Assembly: GCA_963667845.2 (NCBI GenBank)
Contig: CAXXVL010000002.1
Location: forward strand, 2,304,001-2,368,000
Source: Smithellaceae bacterium
GTDB lineage: Bacteria; Desulfobacterota; Syntrophia; Syntrophales; Smithellaceae
Length of the DNA stretch: 64,000 bases
Reading direction: 5' to 3'
Made by a program: the position numbers and the translations under genes. This document shows, one piece after another, positions 8,879 through 17,252 of the stretch (the first letter of the stretch is position 1; each line of letters begins with the position of its first letter). The notes beneath the pieces are model-generated. The model was not told the DNA's origin. It saw nothing but the letters and a program-made list of their open reading frames with translations, and did no database searches.

Positions 8879-9229
8879 CTACTTTTTTCCGGCGTTACCC
8901 GTCAGATAGTCAACCATCAGACCGATGGTTTTATCCTCGGGTTGTCAGAGGATGGTTTGACCGTGCCTGTCGCAGCGGATGAGGCCCGCGTTGCGCAGTT
9001 CTTTGATATGATGGGAAACCGTGGAGAGGGCGATGTTGAAATTGCTGGCCACGGAGCAGACGGGTGGCCCTTTCTTCTCGTCCAGAACGGCCCGGCCATG
9101 GCCCAGCCGGATTTGTTCAAACACGCTAAGCCTAGTCTCGTTGGACAGGGCTTTAAAGGCGGCGGACATGCGGGCCATGTCTGCCGGGGGCTTGCATTGG
9201 GAGTTTTGCTTGGCGGGTTTGGACATCAC
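8879..9229 (-). CDS. ArsR/SmtB family repressor, predicted selenoprotein (Sec95 encoded by UGA at 8947..8945), 116 aa
   Basis: FKALS..TRL and STVSHHIKELRNAGLI HTH; reading through the UGA gives GQTIL-U-QPEDKTIGLMVDYLTGNAGKK-TAG, restoring the C-terminal helix; SECIS-like hairpin follows. Confidence 0.82.
8897..8942 (-). promoter_or_regulatory. bacterial SECIS-like element of the ArsR gene
   Basis: ACCCG/CGGGU and GGAUA/UAUCU lower stems, perfect AACCAUC/GAUGGUU upper stem, loop GGUCU starting 22 nt after the UGA. Confidence 0.8.
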
Positions 9230-9255
9230 GGTATACCTCCCGAATAAGATTGAGA

Positions 9256-9306
9256 CGCTTCTAAATATGTCGAAATATATTTACAATGTTTCCGCCCGAA
9301 TGTCAA
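9256..9306 (-). promoter_or_regulatory. arsR promoter (TTGACA-17 nt-TAAATA) with degenerate operator copy
   Basis: -35 at 9306..9301; 9256..9277 CGCTTCTAAATATGTCGAAATA resembles the 8717..8738 palindrome. Confidence 0.6.
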
Positions 9307-9403
9307 GCAGCGGGCTCGCATTTCCGGATTTTGTGCCCGCGGTGACTGGAAAACGGATGAACTGAACCAAGTCCCCAGTAGCTACTTGCAGAGGTCAGCA
9401 TTC

Positions 9404-9552
9404 TGTCATAACCTTTCAGGTCACTCGTTTCGACCGCAGGGAGAAATCTTTCAAAGAGGTTATGGATTTCTCAGTCACTTCGTTTCTTACCCTGATGACC
9501 TGATAACCTGAAGGTCACACGAGGTCACACGAGGGCACTCGTCGGAATGACA
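9404..9552. repeat. REP/MITE-like palindromic element interrupted by four 18-19 nt mini-hairpin insertions, three of them nested
   Basis: Removing 9409..9427 and 9488..9541 restores termini TGTCATTTCGA...TCGGAATGACA and the inner stem GAGAAATC/GATTTCTC. Confidence 0.7.
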
Positions 9553-9612
9553 ACTTATTTTCGCAGGGAGGTACTCGGGGGGAGGCGAGGGGCATGTCGT
9601 AGCTGATGGGTG

Positions 9613-9648
9613 AAAAAAGGGGCGGGTGAAAGATTTACACCCACCCCG
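9613..9648 (-). terminator. probable intrinsic terminator downstream of the acyl-CoA dehydrogenase gene
   Basis: GGGGCGGGTG/CACCCACCCC stem next to an A6 tract (U-tract on the minus strand). Confidence 0.6.
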
Positions 9649-9654
9649 GTATGA

Positions 9655-11490
9655 CTACTGCTCGAGCAGGTAGGATGCTTCCGGGATTTCCATCACGGAA
9701 TTATCACCTTCCTTGATGACCCGGAGGATCGTTCCGACTGCGGGCAGAATGTTATGAGCAAAAAATTTCGCCGACGCAATCTTGCCGGCATAGTAAGGAT
9801 ATTCGAAATGCTCCTTGCCGATGGCGTCGATCTTCTTCTGGGCGATAAGGGCGTGCTCAAGAAGCAGCTTTGCCCCGTAGATGTGGCCGGTCGCCTGGAG
9901 AATTCGCGTGGCAAAGAAACCGATCATGCCGAACTTGCCCTGGCCGAGATAACCGGCCATCGTCGTCTGAATGTCCTTGTACTGGTTTAATGCCTCTTGA
10001 AGAAGTGCAACCTCGGCGGCCAAAATGCCGTTGTCTTTATTGTCGGCGGCGAATTTTTCGATTTCCGCAAACCAGAAATTGAAAATCTGTCCCCCGACCA
10101 TCATCCATTTGCGACCGATGAGGTCCATCGACTGAATGAAATTGGTTCCTTCCCAGATGGGATATATCCGGCTGTCGCGAAGCTGCTGCGCGATCGGATA
10201 GTCTTCGGAGAATCCGTAACCGCCATAGCACTGCATGGCTTCGGAAATGCTCAAAAACGCCATATCCGAACACCATGCCTTGACGATCGGAATGTTGACT
10301 TCCACAAAAGCCTTCGCGCGTTTCCGCTCGGTCTCGTCGGTCGTGTTTTCCGCGATATCCATGCAGTAGTAAGACATGGAAATCATCGCCCGGCTGGCTT
10401 CGGTGATGGACTTTTGATACATCAGCATGCGGCGCACGTCTTCATGGTGGATGATGGACACACGGCCGGCCTTTGGATTGGTGATCTGGCGTCCCTGGAT
10501 ACGCCCGGCGGCATACATCGCCGCGTTGTTATAGGAAACGGTGGCTGCCGCATTGGCCGCCAGTCCCGTCACGGTTCGCTCTTCATTCATCATCTGGAAC
10601 ATCTGGGCCATGCCCGCGCCTTTGCCGTCCACGGGCGGATTACCCAGGAGATAGCCGCGGCACTTATTGTCTTCGCCGAAGTTGATAATGCTGGTGGCCG
10701 ATCCGCGGAGACCCAGCTTATGCTCGACGCCGCCGCAGTTGACGTCATTGAATTCGCCTTTTTCGCCGGCTTCGGTGGGCCAGTATTTGGGAACGACAAA
10801 CAGCGATATGCCTTTGGTGCCCGGGGCGCAGCCTTCGATGCGGGCCAGTGTCAGGTGAATGATGTTTTCCGTGATGTCCTGATCGCCGCCGGTGATGAAG
10901 CATTTGGTGCCGACGATTTTATAAACACCCGGTTCATCGGTCGGGGTGGCCTTGGTGACGATGTCGCCCACGTCCGAGCCGCTGTTGGGTTCGGTGAGAT
11001 CCATCGTGCCCGCCCACTGACCGGAGAACATTTTGGGTAAGAAGATATTTTTGACCTTATCGCTCGCGAAGTCGCGGACCAGGCCTGCGGCTCCCGTTGT
11101 CGCCATGACGTAAGGGCCGGAAGCGGCGTTGGCGGCGGCGAGGAATTCATTGGTTGCGCCCATCACGCACAAAGGCAGCGAACTGGGATCGGTGTGGTCG
11201 GCGTTGCTCGACCCCAGACCGTTTTCCTGAACCGTCCAGTAGGGTTTCTTGAAGGATTCGGGGGTGGTTACTTTGCCGTTTTTATAGACGGCGTGAATGT
11301 TGTCACCGTCCTCGTTGGTGGGAGCGACGGCTTCCTTGGCGATTTTCATCGCGTTATCCAGGATGGAATCAATGTCGTCGACAGTGTAGCCTCCCTGAAA
11401 TCGTCCTGCTTCGAAGATTTTGGACAGATCGAGCCATTCTTTTAAAATAAACTTCTGGTCGCGTGTGGAATACAAAAAATTTGCTGCCAT
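9655..11490 (-). CDS. acyl-CoA dehydrogenase (long type)
   Basis: GTMDLTEPNSGSDVG, G.K.FIT.GD, GTKGISLF.VPK, EHKLG, Q.YGGYG, IWEGTN motifs. Confidence 0.95.
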   Translation of the reverse strand: MAANFLYSTRDQKFILKEWLDLSKIFEAGRFQGGYTVDDIDSILDNAMKIAKEAVAPTNEDGDNIHAVYKNGKVTTPESFKKPYWTVQENGLGSSNADHTDPSSLPLCVMGATNEFLAAANAASGPYVMATTGAAGLVRDFASDKVKNIFLPKMFSGQWAGTMDLTEPNSGSDVGDIVTKATPTDEPGVYKIVGTKCFITGGDQDITENIIHLTLARIEGCAPGTKGISLFVVPKYWPTEAGEKGEFNDVNCGGVEHKLGLRGSATSIINFGEDNKCRGYLLGNPPVDGKGAGMAQMFQMMNEERTVTGLAANAAATVSYNNAAMYAAGRIQGRQITNPKAGRVSIIHHEDVRRMLMYQKSITEASRAMISMSYYCMDIAENTTDETERKRAKAFVEVNIPIVKAWCSDMAFLSISEAMQCYGGYGFSEDYPIAQQLRDSRIYPIWEGTNFIQSMDLIGRKWMMVGGQIFNFWFAEIEKFAADNKDNGILAAEVALLQEALNQYKDIQTTMAGYLGQGKFGMIGFFATRILQATGHIYGAKLLLEHALIAQKKIDAIGKEHFEYPYYAGKIASAKFFAHNILPAVGTILRVIKEGDNSVMEIPEASYLLEQ

Positions 11491-11754
11491 AACTTCGGTT
11501 CTCCTTCCTTAGCCCATTTCTATGATTGCTTTGGGGCAGGATGCATTGTAGACAAAAAATGACCATAAGTCAATATAGTACATCGTTACTGATATTAATT
11601 GGATAGGTGTATATTTGATTTTTACGGCATTTATCAGTTGTCTAGCATTTTCTTGACACAAAGCCCCGGGCTCCATATACTCGATTCCCTTTGAATAAAT
11701 AGCTTTAATCAAAAGAAAAATACAGGACCCTGCAAGGATAAACCCGGTGAGGAT

Positions 11755-12837
11755 ATGAACGATCTATTGAACAGACTTAAGGGACGCTTTGGTTTGATCG
11801 TCCTGGCAATAACTATTTTACTGATTGTCGCCGGATTTTTTATTTACCAGCATTACCGGAAAACGCATGTTTCCACAGAGGACGCTTATGTTTCGGGGAA
11901 AATTCATGTGGTGGCTTCCAAGGTGCCCGGGACCGTGAAGACCCTGCTGGCAAAGGACAACCAGTTTGTCAAAGAGAAAGATATGTTGCTGGAGATCGAC
12001 GACCAGGATTACAGTGTAAAGGTGAGGGAGTCGGAATCAACGGTGAGCGCTGAAAAAGCCAGGCTTGAAGAAATCGGATTGCGCGTGGAAGTTTCCCGAA
12101 AGCAACTTACGGAATTTAATTTCCGTGTGGAAACGGCCAGGGCAGATCTCAGGCTTGCGACCGTCAATCTCAAACAATCGGAAAATGATTTTAAACGCAT
12201 GGAGCGTCTCTTTGCCAGCAGGATCATTGCCGAAGAACAATACGAAAAGGCCAAAACGGCTTATGAGGGCGACCTTGCGCGTATGGAGGCCGCAAAAGAA
12301 CAGTTAAGTCAGGCCGGGGCGGCGCTCGAAACCCAGAAGGCGCAAATCAAGCAGATGGAAGCAGCGCAGTCCTCGCAAAAGTCCTCCATGAAGCAAAAAC
12401 AGGAAACGCTGGAAGCCGACCGTTTGAAAAAAAGCTATACGGCAATTTATGCGCCGGCGTCGGGTTATGTGACAAAGAAATCGGTGGAGATCGGTAATCA
12501 GATTCAGATCGGTCAGCCGCTGATGGCCATCGTTGCTCTGGATCATGTCTGGATCATCGCTAATTACAAAGAGACTCAGCTCGAAGGCGTCAAGGCCGGA
12601 CAGAAGGTCGTCATTAAAGTTGATACGTATCCCGGCAGGAAATTTTACGGTAAAGTTGAAAGCATCATGGCGGGCACGGGGGCGGCTTTTTCGCTTTTTC
12701 CGCCGGAAAATGCCACCGGGAATTATGTCAAAGTTGTGCAAAGAATTCCAATCAAGATTGTTCTTGATCCCGGCGCCGATCCGGACAGGCTCCTGCGGGT
12801 CGGCATGTCCGTGGAACCAACCATCCTTGTGGAGTAA
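11755..12837 (+). CDS. emrA: EmrA/HlyD family efflux membrane fusion protein
   Basis: STEDAYV, FSLFPPENATGNYVKVVQRIP, LR.GMSV motifs. Confidence 0.92.
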   Translation: MNDLLNRLKGRFGLIVLAITILLIVAGFFIYQHYRKTHVSTEDAYVSGKIHVVASKVPGTVKTLLAKDNQFVKEKDMLLEIDDQDYSVKVRESESTVSAEKARLEEIGLRVEVSRKQLTEFNFRVETARADLRLATVNLKQSENDFKRMERLFASRIIAEEQYEKAKTAYEGDLARMEAAKEQLSQAGAALETQKAQIKQMEAAQSSQKSSMKQKQETLEADRLKKSYTAIYAPASGYVTKKSVEIGNQIQIGQPLMAIVALDHVWIIANYKETQLEGVKAGQKVVIKVDTYPGRKFYGKVESIMAGTGAAFSLFPPENATGNYVKVVQRIPIKIVLDPGADPDRLLRVGMSVEPTILVE

Positions 12838-12846
12838 TTGATTCTT

Positions 12847-14382
12847 ATGGACAGGACGGTAAATAAGTGGATCATCGCTCTTACCGTGATGCTGCCCACA
12901 CTGATGGTCATCATCGACACTTCTGTCGTCAATGTATCGCTGGATCACATTCGCGGCAGCCTTTCCGCCGGCGTTGACGAATCCACATGGTCCATCACGT
13001 CCTATCTTGCCGCCAACGCCGTTGTCATTCCGATGACCGGATGGCTCAGCCGTTTTTTTGGCCGGAAGCGTTTTCTCATTTTTTCCGTCTTATTATTTAC
13101 GATCAGCTCTTTTCTTTGCGGCCTGGCCTGGAATATACAGAGCCTTATCTTTTTCAGAGTGCTACAGGGCCTGGCCGGCGGGTCGCTGCAACCAATTTCA
13201 CAGTCCATTCTGCTGGAAACATTTCCTCCGGCGCAGCACGGCACGGCGATGGCCATTTTCGGCATGGGCACCATGTTCGGCCCCATCATGGGCCCGCTTT
13301 TGGGCGGATGGATTACGGACAACTGGTCGTGGCACTGGATCTTTTTTATCAATATCCCGATCGGGATGATATCGCTGGTCATGTCTTTGTGGTTTATCAG
13401 CGATCCTCATTATATTAAACGCACTGCCATGTCCATCGACTACTGGGGTCTGATGCTGCTCAGTATCTGGGTGGGATGCCTGCAGATGGTTCTGGACAAA
13501 GGACAGAGAGAAGATTGGTTCGGTTCGGATTTCATCATTATCCTGACCATTATTGCCGTTGTGGCTTTTGTCCTGTTCATCTTTGTCGAGCTCACCGCCG
13601 AACACCCCATTGTGGATTTGAAGGTCTTCAAGAGCTATTCATTTACTTCGGGTAATATTGTCCTCTTTTTCATCCTGGCCGGTCTTTTCGGCGGTCTTAT
13701 TATGCTGCCTATCTATCTGCAAAGCCTGATGGGGTATACCGCTTCTCTGGCGGGGTTGATTCTCGGTCCGGGAGGGCTGGCCATCTTCCTGGTCATGCCG
13801 ATTGTCGGCTGGCTGATCAGAGTGGTGAATCCCAAACTGATCGTCGCGATCGGCATCGTTATTTATGCGTACGCCAATTATCTGATGAGCAACTTCAATA
13901 TGTCGGCTGATTTCATGTCGATCCTCTGGCCGCGTGTTGTCATGAGTATAGGGCTGGGCATGGTCTTTATCCCACTGACCACGCTGTCGTTATCCAGCAC
14001 TCCCAAGGAAGAAATGGGCAATGCGACAGCCATTTTTAATCTGGTGAGAAATCTCGGCGGAAGCGTCGGCGTGGCTTTTGCGGCAACGATCTTATCCCGA
14101 GGGTCCCAGATTCATCAGGCTCATCTGAGTGAACATATCACCCCTTTTGACCTGGATTACTGGAATGCCGCCAATCAGTCGGCCGGGCATCTGGTGCGGC
14201 AGGGCATGGATGCGGTATCCGCACAGCAGGGAGGCGCCGCCGTTATTTATAACGAGATGCTGAGACAGGCATACATGATGTCCTTCAATGATCTCTTTTA
14301 TATCCTGACCATTCTGATGATCTGCTTGCTGCCCTTCGTTCTGCTTATCCGCCACGTTGATCATAGCGCTGTAAAGCTTTAG
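12847..14382 (+). CDS. emrB: EmrB/DHA2 family MFS efflux permease
   Basis: D.SVVNV.L, W..TSYL.A, FRVLQGLAGG, LGGWITDNWSW.WIFFIN.P motifs. Confidence 0.92.
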   Translation: MDRTVNKWIIALTVMLPTLMVIIDTSVVNVSLDHIRGSLSAGVDESTWSITSYLAANAVVIPMTGWLSRFFGRKRFLIFSVLLFTISSFLCGLAWNIQSLIFFRVLQGLAGGSLQPISQSILLETFPPAQHGTAMAIFGMGTMFGPIMGPLLGGWITDNWSWHWIFFINIPIGMISLVMSLWFISDPHYIKRTAMSIDYWGLMLLSIWVGCLQMVLDKGQREDWFGSDFIIILTIIAVVAFVLFIFVELTAEHPIVDLKVFKSYSFTSGNIVLFFILAGLFGGLIMLPIYLQSLMGYTASLAGLILGPGGLAIFLVMPIVGWLIRVVNPKLIVAIGIVIYAYANYLMSNFNMSADFMSILWPRVVMSIGLGMVFIPLTTLSLSSTPKEEMGNATAIFNLVRNLGGSVGVAFAATILSRGSQIHQAHLSEHITPFDLDYWNAANQSAGHLVRQGMDAVSAQQGGAAVIYNEMLRQAYMMSFNDLFYILTILMICLLPFVLLIRHVDHSAVKL

Positions 14383-14456
14383 CTTTTTTTTCAGCTTTAA
14401 GCCTCGTTTCTGCTCCCCTCTTTTACATTGATAAGATAGGCGCCGTCTGATATTTG

Positions 14457-15419
14457 ATGCTGATGCAAACGCCGTTTCGCCTGAATGATATCATCCTCGT
14501 TGTTGTGGTCATTTCCTCCACGGGCGTAGCCGTCATTTTCCCCGATTTCGGGTCGCGGTTTCAGGCCTTGCCCTTCTATTGCCTGATGATCAATTTTTTT
14601 CTCAGTTATTTGTCGATTGATCTGGCCGATGTCTGGAAGGCGCTCCAGGGCCACGGCAAGCAGATTCTTGCGTTCACGGTCATGAAGCTCGCGGTCCTGC
14701 CGGTTATCCTTTATTTTATTTTTTATGTCGTTGCGCCGGATTATGCGCTGGCCGTTCTACTGTTGACGGGCGTTTCCACCGGCGTCGTTTCTCCCATGAT
14801 TTCCAATATGGTCAAAGGCAACAGTTCGCTGGTGCTCGTGGTGGTGGTGATTACGTCTGTGCTGGCGCCCTTCACGCTGCCGGCGCTCGTCAAAATTGTT
14901 GTGGCCCGCGACGTCGCGATCTCGTTTCTGGCCATGCTTAAAATGCTGGCGACCGTCATTTTTATCCCGATTGCCCTTGTCGAATTGATCCGCTACCTGA
15001 CGCCTAGGATTGTCGCACCCATCCTGAGGATTCAGTTTCCCGTTTCACTCTTGATGTTTGCGATCATCAACCTGGGCGTCTTCTATCGCTATGCTTCGTT
15101 TTTCAGGAAAGAACCGGCCGCGTTACTGATGGCGTTGATCGTCGTCTTTGTCCTGGCGGCGATCTACTGCGCGGTGGGCATTTTCTTCTTCCGCAAAGGA
15201 CCGCTGCCGAATCAGTTGGCCGGCGCGGTCATGCTGGGTAATCTCAACAATGTGCTGGTGATCGTCTTTTCTTCCCATTTCTTCGGCCCCGTCGAACCGC
15301 TTGTGGCCGCCCTGTACATGATTCCATTCTTCGTCATCATTATTCCGCTGCGCTATTACCACCACTGGAAAACAGAGATGGTGACAGGACGGCACCACCA
15401 CTATCATTCCGTTTCATAA
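14457..15419 (+). CDS. bile acid:sodium symporter (SBF/Acr3-like) family transporter
   Basis: About 9-10 TM segments, TGVVSP..S..VKGN motif, His-rich tail HHHYH. Confidence 0.7.
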   Translation: MLMQTPFRLNDIILVVVVISSTGVAVIFPDFGSRFQALPFYCLMINFFLSYLSIDLADVWKALQGHGKQILAFTVMKLAVLPVILYFIFYVVAPDYALAVLLLTGVSTGVVSPMISNMVKGNSSLVLVVVVITSVLAPFTLPALVKIVVARDVAISFLAMLKMLATVIFIPIALVELIRYLTPRIVAPILRIQFPVSLLMFAIINLGVFYRYASFFRKEPAALLMALIVVFVLAAIYCAVGIFFFRKGPLPNQLAGAVMLGNLNNVLVIVFSSHFFGPVEPLVAALYMIPFFVIIIPLRYYHHWKTEMVTGRHHHYHSVS

Positions 15420-15597
15420 CTTTTCCTGCGGCCTCTGAACCGGTCTTTCTTTTCGGGGAAACCATGACGCCCGTTGCGGCGAACGCGTAAATAGTCTCTG
15501 GAAATGAAGTTTTTTTTGCCGCGTTTTTTCGGCAGGATTCAAACTTGGAATATTCTTTAAAAAACTGTTTTCCTGAAAATATTTTATCAAAAACAGT

Positions 15598-15647
15598 TGA
15601 CAAAAGTTTACTGATATGAAATAAAAGTTTCCTAAATGAGGACAAGA
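15598..15647 (+). promoter_or_regulatory. promoter with tandem operator-like repeats upstream of the XRE regulator
   Basis: TTGACA at 15598 followed by AAAAGTTTACTGATATGAAAT and AAAAGTTTCCTAAATGAGGAC. Confidence 0.45.
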
Positions 15648-15730
15648 AAAACAAAATTTGTCCTCGAAATCCGGAAAGACAGGAAGGCCAGTCATTTTCC
15701 TGCTCCTGGAAAAGAGGAAGGTTTCCCGGA

Positions 15731-16312
15731 ATGAAACAACAACCGCTCATCAATGAAGCCGATATCGGAAAACGAATCAAATCATTGCGCAATACAAAGC
15801 GGGTGACGCTGGAGGATCTGGCTTCACAGACCGGTTTTACCAAAGGTTATCTCTCCAAAGTAGAAAAATCTGAAAAAGCTCCGCCGGTTTCCACATTGGG
15901 CATCCTCGCCCGGGCTCTGGACGTCAGTATTTCCAATCTCCTCGGGGAAGACAGCCCGGTCACTTCCATCTGCCTGGTCAAGAAACACGAAAGACCGAAG
16001 ATGATGAGGACCGGAACCAGTGTCGGCTACTCCTATGAGGCTGTGGCCCAAAATTTCAAAAACAAGATGATGGATCCTTTTATTCTGACGCTTCCCGTTC
16101 ATGCTAAAAAACAGATTCGCTATCAACACGCAGGTCAGGAAATACTCTTTGTCCTTGAGGGAACGATGAAATTTCATCACGGTACAGAAACAATCATAGC
16201 TGAAGAAGGTGACTGTGTTTACATCGACTCCGGTATTCCCCATTTTGGAGAGTCCATGGGGAATAAGCCAGTCAAATGTTTCACGGTTATTGTTAGCTCC
16301 GAGACAAAATAA
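15731..16312 (+). CDS. XRE-family HTH regulator with C-terminal cupin domain
   Basis: IG.RIK.LR....TLEDLA..TGFTKGYLSKVE; H.GQE..FVLEG, GD.VY.DS..PH. Confidence 0.92.
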   Translation: MKQQPLINEADIGKRIKSLRNTKRVTLEDLASQTGFTKGYLSKVEKSEKAPPVSTLGILARALDVSISNLLGEDSPVTSICLVKKHERPKMMRTGTSVGYSYEAVAQNFKNKMMDPFILTLPVHAKKQIRYQHAGQEILFVLEGTMKFHHGTETIIAEEGDCVYIDSGIPHFGESMGNKPVKCFTVIVSSETK

Positions 16313-16388
16313 AACAACGCGGTCATCTCCCAAGTATGGGAGACCATGCTTTACTTTCCGGGATGACCAAAAACAGAAAGGAAAAGAC

Positions 16389-17252
16389 ATGAGCGACATT
16401 CCCGTCTTTTTTCTCCACGGCCTGGCCTATGCCGGACTTCTTTTTCTCGTCTCAGCAGGCCTCACCCTCATTTTCGGGATGATGAATGTCCTGAATTTTG
16501 CGCACGCGGCCATGTATATGGTGGGTGCTTATCTTTCGTATACCATCATCATGCAGCTGACCGGCCAATTCTGGATGGCGTTGATCCTGTGCCCGCTGAT
16601 CCTTTTTGTCATCGGCGCCTTGATCGAGCGCTTCCTGCTTCGGCGGGTGCACAAATACGGCCACGTGCAGGAACTTCTCCTCACCTTCGGGCTGGCCTAT
16701 ATCATCACGGAACTGGTCAAATGGTACTGGGGAAACTATCCTCTGGCCGTCAACGTGACCGGATTCCTGAGCGGGACCGTCCCGATTTTCGGCATTACAT
16801 ATCCCATCTACCGTATTTTCATCTTTGTTTGCGCCATTTTTGTCGGAACGGTCATGGCCCTTATTCTTTATAAAACCCGGCTGGGTATTATCCTCCGGGC
16901 GGCGGTCAACGACAGTGAAATGACCAATACCCTGGGGGTGAACGTGCCCCTCGTGTTCATGGGCGTCTTTGCTTTCGGAACGGCACTATCCGGATTCGCG
17001 GGCGTGATCGCGGGACCGCTTCTCTCGACATTCCCGGGCATGGCCCAGGAAATTCTGCTCGATGCCTTCGTCGTGATCGTCGTGGGCGGCTTCGGAAGCC
17101 TGGGCGGCGCCGTAGTGGCCGCGCTGCTCATCGGCCAACTCCAGGCCTTTGGCGTTCTCTTGATCCCCAAGTTATCGGTGGCCCTGATTTATCTGCTTAT
17201 GGCTATCGTTTTAATCGTTAAGCCCTCCGGGCTTTTTGGGGAGGAACAGTAA
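16389..17252 (+). CDS. livH: branched-chain amino acid-type ABC transporter permease (LivH-like)
   Basis: GLTLIFGMMNVLNFAH, T.LG..LRA, VVGGFGS..G motifs; ATG at 16389. Confidence 0.9.
   Translation: MSDIPVFFLHGLAYAGLLFLVSAGLTLIFGMMNVLNFAHAAMYMVGAYLSYTIIMQLTGQFWMALILCPLILFVIGALIERFLLRRVHKYGHVQELLLTFGLAYIITELVKWYWGNYPLAVNVTGFLSGTVPIFGITYPIYRIFIFVCAIFVGTVMALILYKTRLGIILRAAVNDSEMTNTLGVNVPLVFMGVFAFGTALSGFAGVIAGPLLSTFPGMAQEILLDAFVVIVVGGFGSLGGAVVAALLIGQLQAFGVLLIPKLSVALIYLLMAIVLIVKPSGLFGEEQ

Noticed and set aside
8945..9229. ArsR as a 94-aa truncated protein or pseudogene, as in the ORF track
   Set aside because: The in-frame continuation, the SECIS-like hairpin matching the DsbA one, and intact operators favour Sec readthrough.
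9488..9541. CRISPR-like array
   Set aside because: Units are 8-10 nt with no spacers, and there are no cas genes.
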